A stretch of DNA of 63,781 nucleotides, filler included, from Octopus bimaculoides (taxonomy: Eukaryota): the NCBI RefSeq assembly GCF_001194135.2. It is 5 parts of 5 records of this genome, joined end to end, with 100 filler letters (N's around TTAATTAATTAA, not from the genome) between each part and the next. Parts side by side here need not be neighbours in the genome. Positions count along the whole stretch, not along the records: positions 47,464 to 57,594 come from NC_068986.1; positions 57,695 to 62,321 come from NW_026362367.1; positions 62,422 to 63,781 come from NC_068998.1; 2 more parts are not named here. One strand, written 5' to 3'. The translations under genes were made by a program, and so were the position numbers. Below are positions 56,097 through 63,781 of the stretch, in pieces. The notes below the pieces were generated by a model. The model did no database searches. It was not told the DNA's origin and worked only from the letters and a program-made list of their open reading frames with translations. Numbering within the stretch: the stretch's first letter is position 1; each line of letters starts with the position of its first letter.

Positions 56097-56903
56097 TACT
56101 GGTGAGTTGGAAGAATCGATAGCACGTTGGACCAAATGCTTAGCTGCTTCTTCTCCAACTTTACTCTCTGAGTTCAATTTCCGCCAGCGTCGACTTCGCA
56201 TTTCATCCTCACTGGGTCGATAAGATAAAATACTGGGATGGCTGTAATCGACTTGATCTCCATAACTTCAAAATTCCTAGCTGTGTGTCTATACTATAGA
56301 TTATCATTATTATCATTACTAATGTAGTTGTTGTTGTTGCAGTTGCTGCTGTTGTTGTTACTATTCTTTCGGTTCCAATGATCATTATAATAACACCAGC
56401 TTCAATAATAGAATGCCGGAATTATCCGGCGGTAGGGCACATGCGCCGTAAATATATTTATGGAAGTCAGTCTAGTGAATCCACCTGGTTGAGAAGACCG
56501 GTCTGTCAGTGTTATTTCTATTTCCTTGAGATGACAAACTAACGAATATTGCTTGTCCAGAGTCACAGATGTTGTTTCTACTTTTAATTCATCGCTGTTG
56601 CACAGTTTACCAGTTATCTAATTCATTGATTTTAGATTTATCACAATGCAACCGAAACGAACAGGAGGATGTGACATTTTGAAATGCTTTCTTACATTTA
56701 ATTCATAGATATTTCCCTGTTGTGTATGTATGTATGTATGTAGGTATGTATGTATGTACGTATGTATATTATATATATATACATATATGTATATGTAAAT
56801 GTATATATTTATATAGATACATGCATATAAATATACACGTATGTACATATACGTGTAAGTGCATATACATGTATGCGTGTGTTCATACATACTCACACAC
56901 ACA

Positions 56904-56968
<65 letters not shown>

Positions 56969-57594
56969 AACAATTTGCATGTATATAGAACAATTTGCGA
57001 GTATGAATGCAAAGCTATGGTTGTATGTATTTATCTTATGAATTTACATACGAGTATGTGTGTGTGTGCGTGAAGTCTCAGTGATGAGATAATTGAAAAG
57101 ATATGTTGTCAAATATCGAACTAATCGGACAGATATTTACATATATTTGTAATAATAAAGGGAACCGCATTCATACAGTACAATTTCTAGTCTCTTTCTT
57201 TCAGCCTTTCTCTGTTTTTCTCTTGATACATGTTACTGTCTTTCCCTCTTTCTCTATCAGTATTCTATGTATGCGTGCACACTTTCATAAAACGCATCGC
57301 AATATATCTGCAAACAAACATACACTCTGTACACATTGCTAATGTGAGGGAGTATCTCATGAGGAAGCTACTGTAATATTTAATAGCAGGAAGAGCAAAA
57401 TACACACACACACACACACACACACATCAATTTATTAAAACATAAGTTCACACACACTTCGATATATTAAGGTTCAATTGTCTTTTCTTTAAAACTGTAT
57501 TGAGTCCTAGGTTTCCATTTGTCGATGTACTTTAGTATGCATATATACATAGACTAGATATATATACATATGTATTGAACAGATATACTTATAT

Positions 57595-57694
57595 NNNNNN
57601 NNNNNNNNNNNNNNNNNNNNNNNNNNNNNNNNNNNNNNTTAATTAATTAANNNNNNNNNNNNNNNNNNNNNNNNNNNNNNNNNNNNNNNNNNNN
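57595..57694. other. Artificial contig-joining linker
   Basis: Same structure (12-mer at 57639-57650). Confidence 0.95.
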
Positions 57695-57717
57695 ATATAT
57701 ATATATATTAACCAAAG

Positions 57718-57892
57718 TGTTATATAACAGCACAGATAAGTAATATCACCTGCTGATTAGTGTTATATAACATGCTGTTATATAACATGCTGTTATATAA
57801 CATGTTGTTATATAACATGCTGTTATATAACATGGTGTTATATAACATGTTATATAACATGCTGTTATATAACAGCACAGATAAGTAATGTC
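57718..57892. repeat. 15-bp tandem array built on the palindrome TGTTATATAACA
   Basis: Units start at 57761, 57776, 57791, 57806, 57821, 57836, 57848 and 57863, plus one at 57718. Confidence 0.92.
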
Positions 57893-59402
57893 ATATGATC
57901 ATTGTATGGACACGTGAGAAACATGGCATATTTTTTGTATGCATAGCAAATAATATTACTTAACATTTGGTTTAATACCCAGTGTGAAATTGATTGGTAA
58001 GAGTGACTGTAAAGGATATATAATACTTTGATGAATATACTCATTGTATTGACAAATATACAACTGCATATTTTCCGATTTATGGCTTCTTTTATCTTTC
58101 TATCTGTCTGTCTGTTTGTCTATGCAGTTATGGTTACATACAGGCATGGTTATGTGCTGAGAAGTTTGTTTCCCAATTACATGGTTGTGGGTTCAGTTCT
58201 GTGTTGCACCTTGGGCAAGTGTCTGCTACAGAACTGGGCTGACCCCACTTTTGTGAGTGCATTTGGTAGATGGAAACTGAAAGAAGCCTGTTCTATGTGT
58301 GTGTGTGTGAGTGTTTCCTTCAAGTTTTATTTAAGTTCTTCCTGAGAGAGTTCAGGCTGATCACTAACAAAATGATAAGCTCTTTTGAGCTAAGAGAGTT
58401 CCTGATGTTTGTAAACATGTGGTTGAGTTGGTTGTGTTGGTTGAACTGTCAATTCATTCACCCAAATCATCATCTTTCATCATTTAGCATCTGTTTTCCA
58501 TGCTAACATGGGTTAGACAGTTTGACTGGGTCTAGTAAGCCAGAGAGCTGTACCAGGCTCCAGTCTGATATCATCATCATAATTCTTTAACGTCCATCTT
58601 CCATGCATGTATGGGTAAGATGGTTCACAAGAACTGGCCAGGTAGAAAAACTACCTTATGCTACTCTGTTTTAGCAGGGTTTTTAATGGCTCAATGCCCT
58701 TCTTAACACCAACCACTCTGCAGAAACACATAAAAATCACAGATGGAGAATTTTTTGAAATGTCTTGTGTGTGTGTGTGTGTGTGTACCTGTTTGTCTGT
58801 CTGATCATTCTCAGTGCTGCTGATAACCTGTAACACAATACAACCTGTTGCATGGTCGGACCGTGGGCAAGTAAACTGGCAGCCCCCACCAAGCCTCCTT
58901 AGTAAGGAGGTTGGTTTTCATCGGACACTGCAGGATGAAAGACAAAACCTGCCAAAGGACAGATGAACTCTGTCTTTGTTTAGACATTTCTCTAAGAGAA
59001 AGAAATTCCTAAATAGCACCCACCTCATTATGAAGCTAGAAATCTTGCTCTTGCTTGTTTCTAGACTGTTTCATTTGGAAGGGGAGAGTCTTAGTAGAGT
59101 TGTTTGACTTCAAACTTCAGTACAGGCATTGCTGACAGCCATTGCTTTTAACATCTAGGATAAGATAATTTGTCAGTGATGGTCATATTCATCTATGAGT
59201 TGACGGCCACCACATATGTATGTATGTATAAACATATGCGCACATACACATGGAGACACACACACACACACATGCACACGCACACATTTATATTTTGTAT
59301 TTGATTTGCAAGATGTTTTATGAAAACCTATGCACCAATGCATTGTACCATATTATTTGGGGGCAGATATTTTGCCAATAATGTCAAATCTCTCTCTCTC
59401 TT

Positions 59403-59436
<34 letters not shown>

Positions 59437-59446
59437 NNNNNNNNNN

Positions 59447-59488
<42 letters not shown>

Positions 59489-60944
59489 ACAAACACACAC
59501 ACCGATTGTTGATTATTTATGTCTCTTTCTTATGATATATTTTCAAATGTTTATATATATGTGTGTGTGTTGTCAAGTGATTGTTGTTTACATGTCTTCA
59601 TTTTTTACTTGATCATTTTCATCTGCTTGCTTTTATTGGTGTTAGCCAAAGAAGATATGTATACACATGTTGTTTTTTGCTGTGATTATGGCTTGTCAGG
59701 TGTAATTTTTATTGTGTATAGTTGAATTGATTTTGATCTTATTTTAACCTCATTCTTATTTTATTGTGGAAGGCATTGGCAAGTACTTTGTTTCTCCCAG
59801 GATTAACTTTAATCTAGAATAAGTGTTGCTTTAATATAAAAAAAATCTCTCTTATTTGTGGCTCAAATCTTGTGAAACTTTTTTTTCTCAGTCTTTTTCT
59901 TGGGAAAGTAAATCTAGGTGTTTTTAGGTATTTCTTTTTTATTTTCAGTGTATTCTTTAGTCTATTCATTGAATTCATAGTAAGCATCAAATTTCCTTTA
60001 CATTATAACTCTGTATTTCCTCTCTTCCCCAGTGATTATTGTTATTATTTAGGCCCAGATCATCCTCAACTGAACAGACCTGCAATCAAAAGCATTCCAA
60101 AAAACTTGGGACCACCATTACTCTTTTACTTGTTTCAGTCATTTGACTGCGGCCATGCTGGGGTACCGCCTTTTAGTTGAGCAAATCGACCCCAGGACTT
60201 ATTCTTTGTAAGCCTAGTACTTATTCTATCGGTCTCTTTTTGCCAAACCGCTAAGACACTTGCCCAAGGTGCCACGCAGTGGGACTGAACCCAGAACCAT
60301 GTGGTTGGTAAGCAAGCTACTTACCACACAGCCACATTTTTTCCCAAAGTAATGGGATGAGTTTTAAGGAGAGTTTTCAAGCAGTTTGAGTGAACATGTA
60401 GAAAGAAGCCCATTGATTCAGTATAGATAAGCGTCATCTTATGCTGACCAAAAGTTCCATGCCTCCTCCTACTTTTCATTTTTTTCTAGTTTTCCTTATT
60501 CTCAATTCTAATTTATCATGATGATCTTAATCCTCCTCATGAAACTGGGATTTGGTAGTCTCAACTGTCTGCTTGCCTTGTTTCCCATAAGATTGGCTTT
60601 TTAAAGTTCGCATTACAGAATTCCAGAAGCATTGAACTCCCTTTCATTTTTTGTTGAATAGCTATAGCTTCTATGCGTACAGTATGTGCAGTAACAGTGG
60701 AAAATCATTGTCCATGGTTAAATTTAAGTATTTTACTTATTTAAGGTTCTTTTCTTGGCAACAGTTGCTTTTAATCATTATTGTTTAGAAGTTTGCTTTC
60801 CAACCTCATGTTTGGGGTTCAGTGTTACTATGTGGTACCTTGGAAAAGCTTTTTCCTGTATTAGTCTCAAGCCAACCAAAGCCATGTGAGTGAATTTGAT
60901 AGATAGTAACTACAAGAAGCACACTGTATTTGTATGTGTGTATA

Positions 60945-61090
60945 GGGTCTTCCTCTTTCACAACTTCCCTCCAGTATGTAGGAAAGGAATTCTATATGGT
61001 GTACCCAGGACGAGCTATGGACACACAGGAGGTGCAGTGGAATCACAAGAAGCTTAACATGGAAAGTAATGTTTGTGTATGGAAGATGCA
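60945..61090 (+). mobile_element. Second, more decayed copy of the RTE PHD-like segment
   Basis: RNSIWCTQDELWTHRRCSGITRSLTWKVMFVYGRCIGTIKT aligns to 6962-7288. Confidence 0.65.
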
Positions 61091-62321
61091 TTGGAACCAT
61101 AAAAACTACAGATAAATAGGAAATTGATTTTTCTCAAATGCCCTAGAAGCTCTCTAAATTCACTACCCCCTGCTAGTTGAGAGGTTTTTGTGTTACAAGT
61201 TACCTGGTGACCCTATCAAAGCTGGTGCTATGTAAAGTGGTTGGCATTAGGAAGGCCATCCAGTCATAGAGGCCATCCCAAAGCAGAAATAAAGCATAAC
61301 ACAGTCCTCTGGCTTGCCAGCTTCTGTCAAATCACTCAACTCATGCCAGCATGGAAAAACGGATGTTAAATGATGATGATGAAGAAGTGAATGGAAAGCT
61401 AAAAGAAATCAGTTTTCACTGCTTTCATCTGACATAGTTTCATGTGAACTTTTGTTCTCAGATGAGCTCACAGATTACAAATGGGAAAGAATAACTAGAA
61501 TAGTTTTTGGAAAATAAACAGGTGGGGTTATGAAATTGTTTCTTTCAGTTGAATAGAGGAAACTGATGTCAATGAAAATCTTGAAGAAAAAAGAAATATT
61601 TTTAATAATGTCTTTGTTGATAAGAACTTTGTAGTTGTATTTTGACTTGAAGTGAAAAATGACATCTGTCAAATATTTATTCAGTGGGACTTCTTTGAAA
61701 GAAAACTGCAAATTGCATACAGGATAAAGAATATGTCTTAATTCTGAGAATATGGAAACTAATTGATTATAAAATTTGGTTTTAACATGCCAGTTTGTTG
61801 GTTGTCAGTTCTGTTTAGGTGCTTTTGTTTAACATCTTTACTGAAACAATTATTTGTTATATAAATTGTTGTTATAGCTCAGAATTAAACATATTGATAA
61901 AATATTCAAATAGGCACAAGTGTAGCTGTGTGGTTAAGAAACTTGCTTCGCAAGCATGTGGTCTTGGGTTCAGACCTACACTGTGTACCTTGAGTAAACA
62001 TTTTCTACTATGGCTCTAATGTGACCAAAGCTTTATGGGTAAAAAAGAAGTCTGTTGTGCATGTGTGCGTGTGTACATATATATCATCATCATCATCGTT
62101 TAACGTCTGCTTTCCATGCTAGCATGGGTTGGACAGTTTGACTGGGGACTGGTGAGCCACATGGCTGCACCAGGCTCCAATCTAATCTGGCAGAGTTTCT
62201 ACAGCTGGATGCCCTTCCTAACGCCAACCACTCCGAGATGTAGTGGGTGCTTCTACGTGCCACCGGCACGAAGGCCAGTCAGGCAACACTGGTAATGATC
62301 TATATACATACATATATATAT

Positions 62322-62421
62322 NNNNNNNNNNNNNNNNNNNNNNNNNNNNNNNNNNNNNNNNNNNNTTAATTAATTAANNNNNNNNNNNNNNNNNNNNNNN
62401 NNNNNNNNNNNNNNNNNNNNN
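62322..62421. other. Artificial contig-joining linker
   Basis: Same structure (12-mer at 62366-62377). Confidence 0.95.
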
Positions 62422-62578
62422 GGCCGGGGGCTTTCCCTGTCTTCATACTCATAATTGCTTTATCTACCATGGAATTGTCAACTCGGATAGCTGGTCCCTC
62501 TGTTGGGTCGACATTCGGCAGACTCTCTTTCTCCCATTCGTTCTCTTTATTGAGCAATCTTTCATAGTGGCGTCTCCA
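62422..62578 (-). mobile_element. RTE LINE fragment (RT domain 0)
   Basis: WRRHYERLLNKENEWEKESLPNVDPTEGPAIRVDNSMVDKAIMSMKTGKAPG; cut by the linker. Confidence 0.8.
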
Positions 62579-63781
62579 TATATATCATCATCATCATCAT
62601 CATCGTTTAACGTCCGCTTTCCATGCTAGCATGGGTTGGACGATTTGACTGAGGACTGGTGAAACCGGATGGCAACACCAGGCTCCAGTCTGATTTGGCA
62701 GAGTTTCTACAGCTGGATGCCCTTCCTAACGCCAACCACTCAGAGAGTGTATATATATATATATATATATATCTTTATATATATATGTATGTATACATAT
62801 ATAAATATAAACAAGGGCAAAAGAAAAAAGATTTCTATTCCAATATGCTGAGAATAGACTTTAAATCGTCAATCACCTCATTACAATATACATTCACAAT
62901 GAATACACGTTGTGCTGAAATCGAGGAAGGCAAACTAACACCAACCACTCTGCGTAGTGGATCGAGTGCTTTTTACGTTACACCATGTCAAAACAGATCT
63001 CGTTTGTGTTGGTGTAACATGAAAAGCACTCAATCCACTATGCAGAGTGGTTGGTGTTAGGAAGGGTAGCCAGCTAAAAAAATTATGCCAAAACAGACAG
63101 TGAAGCATGGCGCAGTCTTCTGTCAAATTGTCCAACCCATGCCAGCATGGAAAGTGGATGTTAAATGATGATGGTAATGATGACATATATGTATGTATGT
63201 ATGTACATACAACGTCAAAGATTAAACTTTCATCTCAGTATTCTTTACCTATTTTTCGACCTGTGACAACATACACATTTCTCTCAATCTCTATTCATTT
63301 CTCCCCCTCTTCCTCTCTCACTCTCTCAAACATATACACGTGCAAGTGAACACAGTCATTCACATCGTGGTATATTTACAAAACATTGATGGCATAACTA
63401 CAGAGTTATATCCCCCAAATTTGGAAGGTCATAACTTTCATAAAAATGAATATTTTTTTATGAAATTTTCTATGCATATATTATTTATTATGTAGATTCC
63501 GAATATACAAGAATGTTCGGTGAAACTGTTTTGGGAGGGGGGTGGGGGACAATTTTCGGAAATTCCACTTAAATTCCTCTAAACTTCCAGGAAAATGAAT
63601 ATCTTTTCGTGAAATTTTCTACAAATATACCTTGATGTATGTACATTTCAAGCATGTAGGAATTTTGAAAGAAACAACTGCAGGTTATGTTTGAGAAGTG
63701 TTCCCCACTCGGTGGTGTTTCAGAGCAAGTTGTCCATATTTGTTTCATTTTTCTCTATTATGTGCGTATGTGCATCCGTAC

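Overview
AT-rich, microsatellite-dense invertebrate genomic DNA. The repeat style is most consistent with an octopus (inference). The window is five separate pieces joined by an artificial 100-bp linker (N44-TTAATTAATTAA-N44): 1-15796, 15897-47363, 47464-57594, 57695-62321 and 62422-63781. The one host gene I can support is a + strand NDR-family Ser/Thr kinase (STK38/STK38L, Drosophila tricornered). Ten GT-AG coding exons between 29973 and 47297 splice in frame, apart from one missing exon (catalytic HRDIKPDN), which most likely lies in the N gap at 34915-35095. The N-terminal exons were not found. The rest is decayed mobile DNA: several tRNA-derived SINE families; RTE, R4/Dong-like, Tx1/L1 and CR1/L2 LINE fragments; Tc1/mariner fragments; MITEs; and micro/minisatellites. 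Almost all ORFs in the supplied track are microsatellite or N-gap artefacts. The most interesting observations are a degenerate minimal hammerhead ribozyme (10279-10375, minus), microsatellite-associated R4/Dong LINEs and SINEs, a PHD-like finger inside an RTE reverse transcriptase, and inverted SINE pairs that could be ADAR substrates. I found no convincing wholly new biological system.
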